From positions 1 through 64,000 of the forward strand of contig RHPI01000777.1 of NCBI GenBank assembly GCA_009103225.1: a stretch of 64,000 bases of DNA, given 5' to 3'. Numbering within the stretch: the first letter of the stretch is position 1; each line of letters opens with the position of its first letter. Below, piece after piece: positions 8,650 through 21,143 of the stretch. The notes beneath the pieces were generated by a model. That model searched no databases, was not told the origin of the DNA, and worked only from the letters and a program-made list of their open reading frames with translations. The translations under genes and the position numbers were made by a program. Source of the DNA: Chlorokybus atmophyticus. Taxonomy: Eukaryota; Plantae; Mesostigma and Chlorokybus algae.

Positions 8650-11600
8650 GGCAGCAACAGGCAGGCTCAGGCAGGCTCAGGCTCCAGTCAGTCCCTCAGT
8701 CCTTAGTCAGTCACCGTGTAAAATTTGCGACGACACTAGCTGAGCGCGCCTGTCTTGAGCAAGCGCAGTGAGGCTGCGCGTGTGTGATTGCCAGCCTTAG
8801 CAGTGTTGCTCTCGTCGCCTAGGAGAGAATTAAACTTGGTTGCTCGCTGTTTTAAAAAGGTGTCCAGTCAGCGATAGTGATAGCAGCTGGCGCAGCGTGT
8901 CACAGCCCACTCGACCACAAAAGACTTGGTGCTTTTATGGTCGATTTGTGGTAATTTAATGTACCTTCCCGTTACATTCCCCCCCCACTTAAGAACGCTG
9001 ACGTCCTCGGCAGCTGCCCGGTCAGCTGGGGAATTACCCAAGGGGTTTGTTAGGGTCGGTCACCGGCCCCACAGCCAAGGACCGGCTAATTTAGGCCCAT
9101 ACCGGTCAACGCGCGCATATCGCGCCGCTGCCGGCCCCACAGGTCGCGTCGCCGCGATAGGCAGGTCGCGCCCTGCCGCGCCGACTGAACTGGTCAGTTT
9201 GGCGCGACTGCCATTAGGCAAGTCGCGACCCATCGATGATGGCACTTATAAAGTGACCATTTACGATTATTTAGTTTGGCGCGACTGCCATTAGGCAAGT
9301 CGCGACCCATCGATGATGGCAGTTATAAAGTGACCATTTACGATTATTGGATCGAGAAACAACGACCGCGGAATTCGTGTGCAAGGCAGGAATCGAACCC
9401 GGGTCTCAAGCTCCGATACCAATGTCACAGCCCACTCGACCACAAAAGACTTGGTGCTTTTATGGTCGATTTGTGGTAATTTAATGTACCTTCCCGTTAC
9501 ACAGCGTGTCAATAGACTGGCAGCGCCTTGCTGCCTTGCGGCTGCCAGGGTCGGGCATAAATGCTACAGCGCTCTTTCGGGCTGCGGGCATTCCTCTTCT
9601 CTCGGACAATGCCCCAATGGACATGTCTGCGTCCTTGATTTTAAAGACGGACGCTTCTTGCTGCACAGCAGCAAATGGATGCCGCTCATCCAGCTTTGGC
9701 TGAGCGGCAAGCCTGGAAGTTGAGAGACGGCAATCACTCTCTCTCCTACGACCTCCGGTGCAACCATTACAGCGGCCCTTGCAGGGGTTTCCGCAGGAAA
9801 CTCTCATCACACAAATAAGTTGTTGGAGGAATTCTCATAATTCTCATCACGCTCAGGGGTGTTGCATTTCTTATTGACCACGCATGATCATCCGCACGTT
9901 GCTATAACACATGCTCAATTTGCGGATTGGACCCAGCAGCTGCGCACTCGTGCGTTAGTGTTGAGGTTCTCTTTTACCCAAGAACAGGCAGCAGTCACAG
10001 CTGTGCGCTTAACGTGGCTAGCTAGAGTCTGTTCAAACGAAGAAGCGGGGGAGCTTGGTCTCTTCCACATATCAGCTCATGGGAGAGGAATTTTCAGTGT
10101 GTTTTCTCCTCCAGCGCAGGAGCTTCTTGAGTCTATGCACAAGCCAAACAAGGACGACTTCTTCTGTGCGGTGGGCTTCCAGTGCGTGTCCTTCGATGAG
10201 AGTCACCTTCCACTACTCGCTTTTAGGTTTCCTTTGTGGGAGCAAAGCCCGAGTTGCTTCCTTTTCTGCTCAACCGCTGCAGTAGTATGGGCAGCTTGGA
10301 GAAGCCCTGTCTGCTGGCCGTGGCTCACTTAGTTCGCCACCTCCGCGACACGCTACCGCTTCTCTCAGCGCCAGGTTAGAAGCTGCCCTTGAAGATATCT
10401 TTTAAAATTCACGGTGTGGAAGGGTGTGTTACGACGCCGGTGGACATCCTCAACAGACTCTGCACTTGCTTTCTTTGCAGGAAGCAAGGCCACACTCGCA
10501 ATGCTGGACCGCAACGCACCCGTGGTAAGAACGCACCTCCTCTTGCTATCTCTGCAACGAACCTCCGGCTGAAGCGGGTTGGACCCTGTTAGGCAGATCA
10601 GCAGCAAGGCCCGGGGGCAGCGGTCGAGAGGTCAGTGCTTCACACCTCCTAGGCAACACCCCACTACCTCATGTTGTTGAAGCCCCTATCGCTGCAAGGT
10701 TGGCCACAATACCCCCTCAAGTCCGCTCGCCAGCCATGCGCGCGCAAGCGGGGCAGGCCTCGCGTGGGCCCACGCCTTCGAGCAAGCCCTCAACCTCTCC
10801 TGCTAAACGCACCGTCAGCTCGCCTACTCGTGCACCTGGGCAGGGTATTAAACTCGCGGGGGTGAAGCTAGGAGTACAACTCAAGTAGACCGTAATGCGC
10901 CCAGCAGCGCAGAGGACGGCATCCAATGAGTCCGGTCAAGCGCTTCCCAACAGCTGGCTGCACACAGGCGGGCAACATGAGCTAATGACGATGCAGCAGA
11001 CAGCGCACGCTGCTACAACGCCGTACCTATCAGTAGCATTGATGGGCCAGAGCTCGCCACCCCACTCAACACATACTGCCAAGCCTTTGCAACTGGGCGC
11101 ACCGACGTCGTTTGTCGCCAAAGGACCTGCTGCAGGCAACACACGTGCCGCACTATTGCCATCTTCAGCCCCAGCCTCATTGCCGCTATGAGGGAGCGTT
11201 GAGAGTGTCCCCCCACAATCGCATATGTCTCCCTCGCTCACAATCACTGACCCCCCNNNNNNNNNNNNNNNNNNNNNNNNNNNNNNNNNNNNNNNNNNNN
11301 NNNNNNNNNNNNNNNNNNNNNNNNNNNNNNNNNNNNNNNNNNNNNNNNNNNNNNNNNNNNNNNNNNNNNNNNNNNNNNNNNNNNNNNNNNNNNNNNNNNN
11401 NNNNNNNNNNNNNNNNNNNNNNNNNNNNNNNNNNNNNNNNNNNNNNNNNNNNNNNNNNNNNNNNNNNNNNNNNNNNNNNNNNCCCGCCGTGGTCTCCCCA
11501 ACAAAAAGTTGGTGCGACATTGTTGAGGAGGAGAAGGCTGGCGGTTCCACGCTGCATGAGCTTGCGCCGATGGAAGAGCTCTCTTCGCAAGGTCTTGCAG

Positions 11601-13205
11601 CAGCAGGCCCTCCCCTGGCGGACCTCTCCTCGGCTCTTTTTGAGCTGTGCCCGGAGCAGCCAGAGGTATGCGTGGCCCCAGTGTCCAAGCTGCACTTTGT
11701 CCCGGTTGTCACCCACAACTTCCTAGACGATGCGCAGCAGCCCAAGTTGCTGCTGACAGATGTAGGCCAAGCTTCTGGGCTGCAGGTGGCCCCACATGAT
11801 CGCACTCTTCTTCAACAATACTCGCCCGCAGCTGCACTGAGCCAGGCTCTTCGTCGCACGCATAATCAGCTTCATTATCCCCTCAACACCACCACTGAAA
11901 GGATTTGAGCTTGGATTTGCAGTTAACAACGTGGTGGCGGTGCGAGGGAACGGCCCCTGCGCCAGCAATGTTTACATACTGTGCATGCTCTCTGCGCAAA
12001 AAGGCCAGTGCTCCCCACGAGTGAGGCTGCAAAATGGAGCAAGCTAGATGAATGGGGTGAGCACATCTCCTCGCAGCGCAGTGCACCAGGATCATTGGTA
12101 CCGCAGCTGTGGCATTCCTTACTTGAGTGGCGAGCACGGCTTAAGGACGACGATCTACCATCCTCTCCTTTGCCCATGTTGCCTGCTAATACACTCTCCC
12201 CCGTTGCGCACGGGTCCACACTTGTCCAGCGCAGTTCGGTGGTTGGTGGTTAAACGGATGTTCAAGACTTCAACGTCACCGTAGTCCGGGCCTTCGCAAG
12301 CCTCCCCTCAGCCTTCTCCAGGCGTGGGCTCTCGGCCTCGTATACAATCACCATCCCAGATTTCTACTAGAGTATAGCACGGGCGCCAGCGCTTGTTCTC
12401 CGTTGCGCTGCAGGGAGTTGGTGGATGGGTGTACACGGGCCAAGCACTATTGCGGGGTCTCATTGCGGGAAACTCCTCCTGGAGAGCTCCCTTCTCCCTT
12501 CCGTGCATAGCCCCATTGCCTGTGCCGGTGCCGGAGGAGCACATCTGCAGCATGCTCGCTTAGCAGCTGAGCGTCCCCTCTCCAGCACACTGGTCGTTGT
12601 GGGAGGAGGCAAGCAGCCTCATCGCCTCTGCACTGGGCACGCAGCATCCACTCGGGGTTTGGGTCTTGTTCAATTCTTGAAAGTGCGGCCTCGGGTGCGC
12701 TGAACAGCGGGATACAGGCGGACGTGTTGTGGATGGACCTCGCCATGCTCGCCGGTTTGATTGGTGGCTTAGATAGCCTGCTCGATGCGCAGTCTCTGCA
12801 GGTGTGGGCGACATCTCGCAGCCAACTGCACCACCTCGGGCACTTACTAGCCGGTGTGGACGCCTCCCTGCTTCAAGAATTGCAACATGATCACGCGGGG
12901 CGCACGCCGGTTCCCCTGCTCTCTCTCCTCGGTCTTTCTCAATAGGTTCATCCCACCCTATGCGTCCTTTTCAACTTGCTCCATGGAATGTTTGCAGGTC
13001 TGCATGGGCAGCGCCGCGCCTTTAACATGAGCAAGCGCAACCTCCTATTGTCCACGCTTCGGGCGTTAAGAGGCCGCCCTAACCAAGTGGTGCTACTGTA
13101 AGAGACAAAGTTAACCTTCTCTAGCGCGGATTGCTGGCTGCGAAAATTTATGGCGTTGGAAGTCGGTGTGGGCTCCGTTGAAAGTGTCGCAAATTTTGCA
13201 CGATG
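8650..13205 (+). mobile_element. Degenerate L1/Tx1-type LINE, 5' part (5'UTR, ORF1 with zinc knuckles, start of ORF2 APE endonuclease)
   Basis: CCHC knuckle remnants CFLCRKQGHTRN (~10465) and CYLCNEP (~10545). APE start LAPWNV (~12975) and VVLL*ETKL (TAA 13099-13101, canonical LQET). The frame ...SVANFAR| continues at 22540. 5' boundary approximate. Confidence 0.7.
8898..9501 (-). mobile_element. TRIM (terminal-repeat retrotransposon in miniature), 604 bp
   Basis: Two identical 79-bp LTRs (8898-8976, 9423-9501; TGTAAC...GTGACA on minus). 5-bp TSD CAGCG (8893-8897, 9502-9506). PBS TGGTATCGGAGC (9410-9421, tRNA-iMet type). PPT AAGTGGGGGGGGAA (8977-8990). Internal 76-bp tandem duplication (9196-9271, 9273-9348). 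No coding capacity. Confidence 0.93.
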
Positions 13206-13748
13206 ACTGACCAGGAACAGAGGGACTAACGGCTGCCTTACCTTACTGACCTTATTTGACCCTGAAAACTTAGGCCATAAAGGGACTGAGTGGACTGCCG
13301 GTGTATGTTGTGGAACATAATCAACCGCCGATGGCCTATCGTACATTATTGTGGACTGCTGCCTGCCTGTTATGATCTACTTGTAATTTATGTTGACGGC
13401 CGACCGCCGATTGTACCGCACCCGTGGCGGCGACCTACTTGTTTTGGCAATAAAGTCACCTCTCATTCCTAATGGCGACAAATGATGCCGAACATTCACG
13501 TGGTTAATACGGCCAACCGCCGATCATATAGCACTTACGACGGCGATGTATCATAAATTGCAAGCGAGTGACTTATCAGTCCCAACTTAGGGACGAGTGG
13601 TGGCGGTGAGTTGGGGCATCTACCAGTATATGATACGATGGTACGTTTGTCCATTGTTATGGTACAGCGGTAACATCATTATGGTACCATTGTATTGATA
13701 ATCGTACCATTATAATGGTACGTAAGTACCATTATAATGGTACGTAAG

Positions 13749-14274
13749 TGTAACGGGAGCAATGATAATAGGGGTATTATTGCTACCTAAATAACACATT
13801 TTGTATGAATAAGTATTTAAATATGCTTATTTATACCTCTTTTTTACGGTTCCTCGCTTACTAAAGGCTATGATGCTTTATCATAGCTTAAATAAGTCCC
13901 AATGGGTGTAGAACCGCTTATTCAAGCCTATTTAGTGTCACATTTGATATAATGTGATTACTATCTCGTTAGGTACCTTACGATAGGTATCTTTGGATAG
14001 GTACCTTATCGATAAGTACCTTATCTGAGCTGTGATTGGCTCACGCTAGATTTCCTAACTACCCTATCTGTAGGGTCGATGTCCAGTTGTGAGTTTATTA
14101 TCGAGAGGTATATAATTGATATACTCTTGATATAAAAGGTCACATCAATCTGATGTGGGGACTTTCAGTTCTCTGCTCAGTGGCGGCCACGCCGTTGAAA
14201 GGCTTGTCATAGGCGGTGTGGGTGTTGGGGTAGAGGATTGAAGGGGCATCACCGGCGACGGTGGTGCTGTTACA
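13749..14274 (+). repeat. 5' LTR (526 bp)
   Basis: Direct repeat of 20282-20807. I counted ~18 substitutions (~3.4%), mostly transitions. Confidence 0.97.
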
Positions 14275-15200
14275 TTAGTAACCAGGCGCTGGGGGGTGAC
14301 GTGGGTACTTATAGGGGGCGGCGACCTGCTTTCGGCCAATCAGAAGGCGTCGGCGGCGGCCTTTTATTCGTCCACGCAGCCCAAGCTTCAAGTTCGCTTC
14401 CCTGCGCTACCTCCACGTTGAAGCCACCTATTAAAGAGGCGGCCTCTCCACGTGTAAGATACCATCACACACGTCGGTGACTTGCCTGCTTGCCTGCTTG
14501 TCAGCTGCTTGCCAGGTGCTTGCCAGGTGCACGTGTGTACACACAGTAACTTGCCAGTGCACTGTCATTGCTTGCAGTAATTGCCTGTCATTGCATGCGG
14601 TGATTGCGGCTTGCTAGTGTGTCATCACTGTTTGTCACACTTAGTGCACTATCATTGCTTGCAGTGATTGCCTATCATTGCATGCGGTGATTGCTTGTCA
14701 TTGTGCTTGCCAGTGCATGTCACAATTAGTCATCGTACGGCTTGCCTGTTGCATGCCTGTGGCTTGCCTGTTGCATGCCTGTGACGTACCTGTGACCTGC
14801 CAGCGGCTTGGCCGTGTCGTTTGACCCAGGTCCGTAAGTTCCAAACCAAACTGTTCCCAAACCCTCCCCCTTTGGCTTCGGCCTGGAGATCAGGACTTGG
14901 TTAGGACAGTTGTGGGGAGGTTCTAGGACAATCTGTTCCCAAACCCTGTTAGTCTGAAACCCTCCCCCTCTGGCTTCGGCCTGGAGATTGGGACTTGGTT
15001 GAGGCTAACACAGGGTTAGGACATTCTGGTCCCACTCAGACTTGTTCTGTTTGGTGACACTCCAGATCCACCCTGCCTATTTTTGGACTGGTTTGGACTC
15101 TGTTTGGGACTTTAACAACTTGGGGTCATCTTGATCCTCTCGTTAAACCTGGTCCATTGGTGAGGTTCTCACCATCCCATTCTGCCTGTATTGCAGACAA

Positions 15201-16374
15201 ATGGAAGAAAACTCGGTGCCCACTCCAAAAGGGGAGAGCTCGGAAAAAGAGCAACCTTCCCGTGAGGAGGAATTTCCATCCATGGAAGATATTCCGAATC
15301 CGGATGATGCACCTGATGAGTCTCAAGCTGCCAAAGCTGCGGAAGCTTCAGTGGATGATAGATCACCTTCTATATTCCCTGAGTTTTCTATTCGCATGAC
15401 ACAGCAGGACTTGATGGAGCATTTTCTTTGCACCTATGATCAGGACCCTCGTGAGGCAATTGTCTCATTCGTGAACTTTCTCTTCCTTTTAGCAGAAAAA
15501 GTTTCAAAGCTCACCACCTTTATGGGGCGAGATTGGGAGGGGTAGATGGGTGAAGGCAAACGTGTTCTGAACATGATCGAGCGTCTTCAACATAACTAAC
15601 GGTGGTCCACCTGTTCAAGCACTTGCTCGTCCTGCCGAGTTTGTTCCCAACAAGCAAGCGGCCATCTTCGACTGGCTTGTGAAGTTGCGACACTATGTCA
15701 ACTCCCTTCACATTTCTGAGGAGGGGAAGTTGCGTGTAGCTGAGTTGCTTCCGAACGATGCCCTTGCAGAGTGGTATCGCCGTAAGCAACGTGATGTGAA
15801 CCTCGGGCGGGAAGTAAATCAGTTGTGCTCTTTCATGGAGCAGCGCTATGGTGGCGCAGATCCTGCCCAGGTTGCTCGCAACCAGCTGCACAACCTGTGT
15901 CAGAACGGGCGTCCGGTTCAGCAGTATATCCAGGATTTTCCGTCGTTTGTCAGCAAGATCAATGCTGGCAAACTACCTATCAGTGATGCTGATCAGCTGG
16001 ATATGTTCAGGCGTGGCTTGGACACAGATCTCGTGCAGCATGTGGCCGTCAACCCCGCGAGTTTGCAAGAGTGGGCCTCGACGGATTTACCAATGCTGAT
16101 GCAGATGGTTGCTGCTGTGGACAGTGTAAAGCGCTCTCACGCAAACATGCAAACCACGGCAAAAGAGGCAGCCCCGGTTTTAGCTGCAAAGCGCCCGGCC
16201 ACTGACAACAAACCTTTTGTGAAACAGGCGAAACCATCTCATCCTGCTAGCCCCTACAACGCGGCCAAATCCATCATCACTTGCAGTTTCTGCAAGAAGA
16301 CAGGTCATGGGGAGGCTAAGTGCTATGCAAAACAGAATGCACAGAAGGCCAAGCAGCAGAGAGACAAGAAATAG
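15201..16374 (+). pseudogene. gag: Chromovirus gag (frameshifted)
   Basis: ORFs 15201-15545 and 15679-16374: ARNQLHNLCQNGRPVQQY..F (retrotransposon gag), zinc knuckle CSFCKKTGHGEAKC. Confidence 0.85.
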
Positions 16375-16504
16375 GAATTGTCCGTGGTTGGTAGCTTAGT
16401 CGAGCAGAACGACTTTAAAAACTCTGTAATTCTTGATAAAGTTTCCCCTCTTTGTGATGTATCAGATGTATGGATTGATATGAGCACACCATTTGTGTTG
16501 AGAA

Positions 16505-19500
16505 ATGCAAATTGGTGTTTTAATCAATGTTCCATTCTCTGAATTAGTAACTGCTGTTAAGCACTTACACGAGTTGCAACTACAACATGCTGTCACTGCA
16601 TGTGTAGTTATCCCTCGATATCATGGCCCGTGGTCGCGATTGTTGAAAGGGGGAGAAGTAATCATGCAACTCTCACGCAAAGATACAGGAGCTTCACCAT
16701 TGCAAGTGATCTTTATCAAGTCTGCTACCAATCACGGCACTCCGACATTAGCTACATTTGATGGTCACTCAGTGCCACTCAAATGGAGATTTGAGAGTCA
16801 ACTTATGGGTACACCATGTACAGCATTGATTGATACTGGTGCAAACCATAACTTTGTTGAACATGCTTGGGTGAAACGTAATAACAATCCTTTTACACCA
16901 GTCACATCATATGTACGTGCTGCTGGTTCCACTCTCAATGCAATGGGAGAGGTAAAAGGGCGTTTTGTTATTAATGGCCATAAAACCCGACCAGCCTTCA
17001 TCGTGGTGGATATTGGTATCCCCGGGGTGGATGTTGTTTTAGGGGAACAATGGCACACTGAAGCAGGTTTACAATTGGACTCTCGAGCCAATACGTGCAC
17101 CTTTCGTAAAGGGAAACGTAGGATGACTTTAACAGCATCTGTACTCGCACGAATACCTCGCAATAATGTTCCGCTCCTCTCTGCTATGCAATTGAAACGT
17201 TGCATGCGTAAACGTGAGGAGGTATACTATACCTAGTACTATACCTAGTAGTACTTACTGCACTTACGACAGGTGGAAACACCTGCTGAACAGGCTATCA
17301 GTGACCATGTGGTGCAGTCACTTACGGAACAATACGCAGATGTATTCTAGGATGAACTCTCAGAGTTGCCTCCGATCGAAACATACATCATACCATTCCG
17401 TTAGAGGAGGGGGCAAAGCCACCTTGGCGGCCTATATACAGGCTAAGTCCCTTAGAACACGCGGAGATGGAAAAACAGCTCAAAGAATTATTGGACAAAG
17501 GTTTAATAACAAAGAGCATATCTCCTTTTGGTGCACCAATTTTGTTTGTGCCCAAAACAAAATGGCAAGCTACGCATGTGTATTGATTACCGTGCGTTGA
17601 ACAAGGTCACTGTGAAAAACAGATACCCTTTGCCTCGGATTGATGATTTGTTTGATAAGCTGTCAGGTGCAACAGTGTTCAGCACGCTGGATTTGACCAG
17701 TGGTTATCATTAAATCAAAATCCACCCGTCGGATATACAAAAAACTGCATTTCGCACCCCACTAGGACACTTTGAGTATAAAGTGTTACCATTTGGGTTA
17801 ACAAATGCACCGGCTACATTTCAGACAGCAATGAACGCGGTATTTGCTTATGAATTGTACAAGGTTGTACTGGTATATCTAGACGACATTATTGTGTTCA
17901 GCAAAACCCGGGAGGACCACTACAAACATGTGGAATTGGTTCTAGCTAAATTACGCGAACACAAATTCTATGCCAACCTGTCCAAATGCAACTTTGCAAA
18001 GGATGAACTACCCTTTTAGGGCATGTGATTGGCAAAGAAGGATTGAAACCAGATCCTCAAAAGGTGTGTGCGGTAAAGGATTGGCCACCACCTAAAGATG
18101 TACATCAGTTACGTGCTTTCTTGGGGCTAGCCAATTATTTCCGCAAGTTCATGCGAGCATACTCTGGCATGGCAAATCCTTTAACATCTTTACTAAGAAA
18201 AGATGTTAAATTCGTGTGGACGGAGGCACACAAGGTTGCTTTTACACGCATTAAAGATGCATTAACGCAAGCCCCTGTGTTAGCCTTTCCCGACCACACC
18301 AAGCCTTTTGTGGTGATCAGTGATGCTTCCACCATTGGGTGTGGGGCAGTCCTTCTACAGGATGACAGAGCATGTGCATATGAAAGCAGAAAGTTCATTC
18401 CTGCTGAACGTAATTACACAACCATTGAGCAGGAATTGCTCGGGGTGGTGCACGCGCTGCGCACATGGCGTTGCTACTTGGAAGGGGTGGAGTTTTCAGT
18501 GATTACTAGTAGTACTGATCACAACCCGCTCACATTCTTTCATACGCAACAAAATCTGTCGAGGCGGCAAGCTAGGTGGAATGAATTCATTTCTCGTTTC
18601 ACTTTCACTTAGCAATACCGTCCGGGTCGCACCAATGTGGCGGATCCACTAAGTCGCAAGCCTGCTCTTTTGGCACTTACGCGCTCTCAAAGTACGCGTA
18701 ATGTACAACAGCCTGAAGATCCTTTCTTAAAGGAAGTGTCCGCAGGTTATAACTCAGATGATTGGTTTAGCAGTCAAACCAATGTGCAACAGCTTACTGC
18801 TGTTAGCAATCTGTGGTATAAAGGGGAGCAGTTGGCAATTCCCAACTCGGGCGACTTGCGTAAGCAATGCTTACATTCAGTGCATGACCCGCCGTATGCT
18901 GGGCATTTGGGGAAACACAAAACCCTCAAATCTGCGCAACAGTTATACTGGTGGCCGTCAATGTCAGCTGACGTGGATCAATATGTTCGCACATGTGACG
19001 TGTATCGACGTAATAAGCCACTACGACAAAAACAAGCGGGATTGCTTAAACCATTGGCAATTCCAGAACAAAAGTGGGATAGTGTCAGTATGGATTTAAT
19101 TACTGACCTACCTAAAACAGCAGCTAAATACACTGCTATTGTGGTTTTTGTCGACCGTTTGACTAAAATGGTGCATTTTGCCCCGTGTTGCACAACTGTA
19201 AGTGCACGGGACTTGGCACACTTATTTGTGTCCACGGTCTTTCGCGTTCACGGTGTACCGCGTGAACTTGTCACAGATCGTGATCCTCGGTTTGTCTCCA
19301 AGTTTTGGTGAGAAGTCTATGAATTGTTGGGGGTAAAACAAAGCATGTCGACTGCTTTCCACCCGCAAATGGACGGTCAAACTGAGCGAGCAAATCAAGT
19401 ACTGGAAGAAATGCTTCGCCACTATGTGGCTCCTAATCATGCTGATTGGGACAGGTACTTGCCAATGGCAGAGTTCGCTGTGAACAACGCGTGGCAGGAA

Positions 19501-20134
19501 AGTGTAAAGGAAACCCCATTTTTCTTGAAATATGGGATTCGCCCGAACACACCAGCGTCATTGCGTGTACCTCGCAATGCCCTGACTGTGCCAGCAGCAA
19601 AGGAATTTGCCACTAATATGCAAGAAAATTTGGCTCGAGCCAAGCTGTGTCTGTCATAAGCACAGGCAAAAAGCTTATGTTGATACACATCGAAAAATGG
19701 CCATTTTCGATGTCGGCGATAAAGTTTTGCTTAATGCAAAAAACATAACCATCAAAGGTACGGGTGCTCGCAAGTTGCTGCCCCGATGGTTAGGTCCTTT
19801 CTCTATCACTGATAGAGTTGGTACGCACGCTTATCGACTGCAATTGCCCCCAAGTGTGCGTATACACAACGTGTTTCATGTAAACTTGTTGAAACCTTAC
19901 CGCTCAGACGGTAGAACACAGCCTCCACCACCGCCAGTTGAGGTGGACAGCGAGCTCGAATATGAGGTAGAAGCTATATTGAACCATAAGCTAAATAGTC
20001 GAGGACGCGCAACTCGCCATTTGGTGAAATGGAAAGGGTATGGCCCGGAACATAACAGTTGGGAGCCCGACAGGCATCTTACGCACTGCCGCGAGTTGCT
20101 TCGAGCTTATTGGGATTCATGTCCTGTCCCATAA
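16505..20134 (+). pseudogene. pol: Chromovirus pol (protease, RT, RNase H, integrase, chromodomain), disrupted
   Basis: ALIDTGANHNF; [22 protein letters not shown]; LPFGLTNAPATF; YLDDII; DASTIGCGAVL; TDHNPL; HDPPYAGHLG; WDSVSMDLITDLP; STAFHPQMDGQTER; EYEVEAILNHK...LVKWKGYGPEHNSWEP. Stops at 17711, 18017, 18610, 19309, 19657. Confidence 0.95.
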
Positions 20135-20281
20135 ACTGTGGGCTTGGTTTTATGACAGACTGGCAGTGCAGTTTTATTACCACCCTGTCATTTCCTGCTA
20201 TCTCATTGGTTACAATTACTCGAAATCAAGTCCGATCACCTTGAGTTCAACGAGGACGTTGAAAACCTAAGTGGGGGGGAA

Positions 20282-20807
20282 TGTAACGGGAGCAATAATA
20301 ATAGGGGTATTATTGCTACCTAAATAACACATTTTGTATGAATAAGTATTTAAATGTGCTTATTTATACCTCTTTTCTACGGTTCCTCGCTTATTAAAGG
20401 CTATGATGCTTTATCATAGCTTAAATAAGTCCCAATGGGTGTAGAACCGCTTATTCAAGCCTATTTGGTGTAACATTTGATATGATGTGATTACTATCTC
20501 GTTAGGTACCTTACGATAGGTATCTTTGAATAGGTACCTTATCGATAAGTACCTTATCTGAGCTGTGATTGGCTCACGCTAGATTTCCTAACTACCCTAT
20601 CTGTAGGGTTGATGTCTAGTTGTGAGTTAATTATCGAGAGGTATATAGTTAATATACTCTTGATATAAAAGGTCACATACATCTGATGTGGGGACTTTCA
20701 GTTCTCTGCTCAATGGCGGCCACGCCGTTGAAAGGCTTGTCATAGGCGGTGTAGGTGTTGGGGTAGAGGATTGAAGGGGCATCACCGGGGACGGTGGTGC
20801 TGTTACA
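20282..20807 (+). repeat. 3' LTR (526 bp)
   Basis: Direct repeat of 13749-14274, preceded by polypurine tract. Confidence 0.97.
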
Positions 20808-21143
20808 GTAAGTACCATTATAATGATACGATTGTGTTATTGGCAACTCATAAGGGAAGAAATTTTTCAAACTCAATGGCCCCCTTGTGAATTCAAACGC
20901 TAAGCCGCAACACAACGCTCAACTGTGCAAGTTGGCTTGCACAAATGAGCGTTGTGCTGCGGCGGCGGCGGCGGCGGTGGCGGTGGCGGTGGCGGCGGCA
21001 TGTATGTGCTTGTGTGCTTGTGTATATCTTGTCAAGTAGTGCACAGCAGCGCAGCCTGACCACCTTTCGACCCTTCGTGATGCAGGGCGGCCACCAGACT
21101 AGGCAAGGCCAGGCGGCGGCGGCGGCGGTGGTGGCTAACAGCA

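Larger units (their letters stand above)
13749..20807 (+). mobile_element. Full-length but inactivated Ty3/Gypsy chromovirus LTR retrotransposon
   Basis: 526-bp LTRs with TGTAAC...GTTACA ends. 5-bp TSD GTAAG (13744-13748, 20808-20812). PPT AAGTGGGGGGGAA before 3' LTR. Domain order gag-PR-RT-RH-IN-chromodomain. Several in-frame stops and frameshifts. Confidence 0.97.

Noticed and set aside
9370-9422. tRNA gene suggested by GGTTCGATTCC
   Set aside because: No cloverleaf or acceptor stem can be formed. The motif is internal to the TRIM next to its PBS.
13700-13748. Regularly spaced palindromic repeats resembling a CRISPR array
   Set aside because: Only three 22-bp tandem units with no unique spacers, eukaryotic context and no cas genes.
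13099-19659. Possible TAA/TAG=Gln genetic code, since several TE stops fall at Gln positions
   Set aside because: Conserved host exons (RPT5, IFT74, PARN, DUF1990) contain no in-frame TAR and use CAA/CAG. Other TE stops fall at Trp/Leu/Arg positions. C>T decay explains the pattern.
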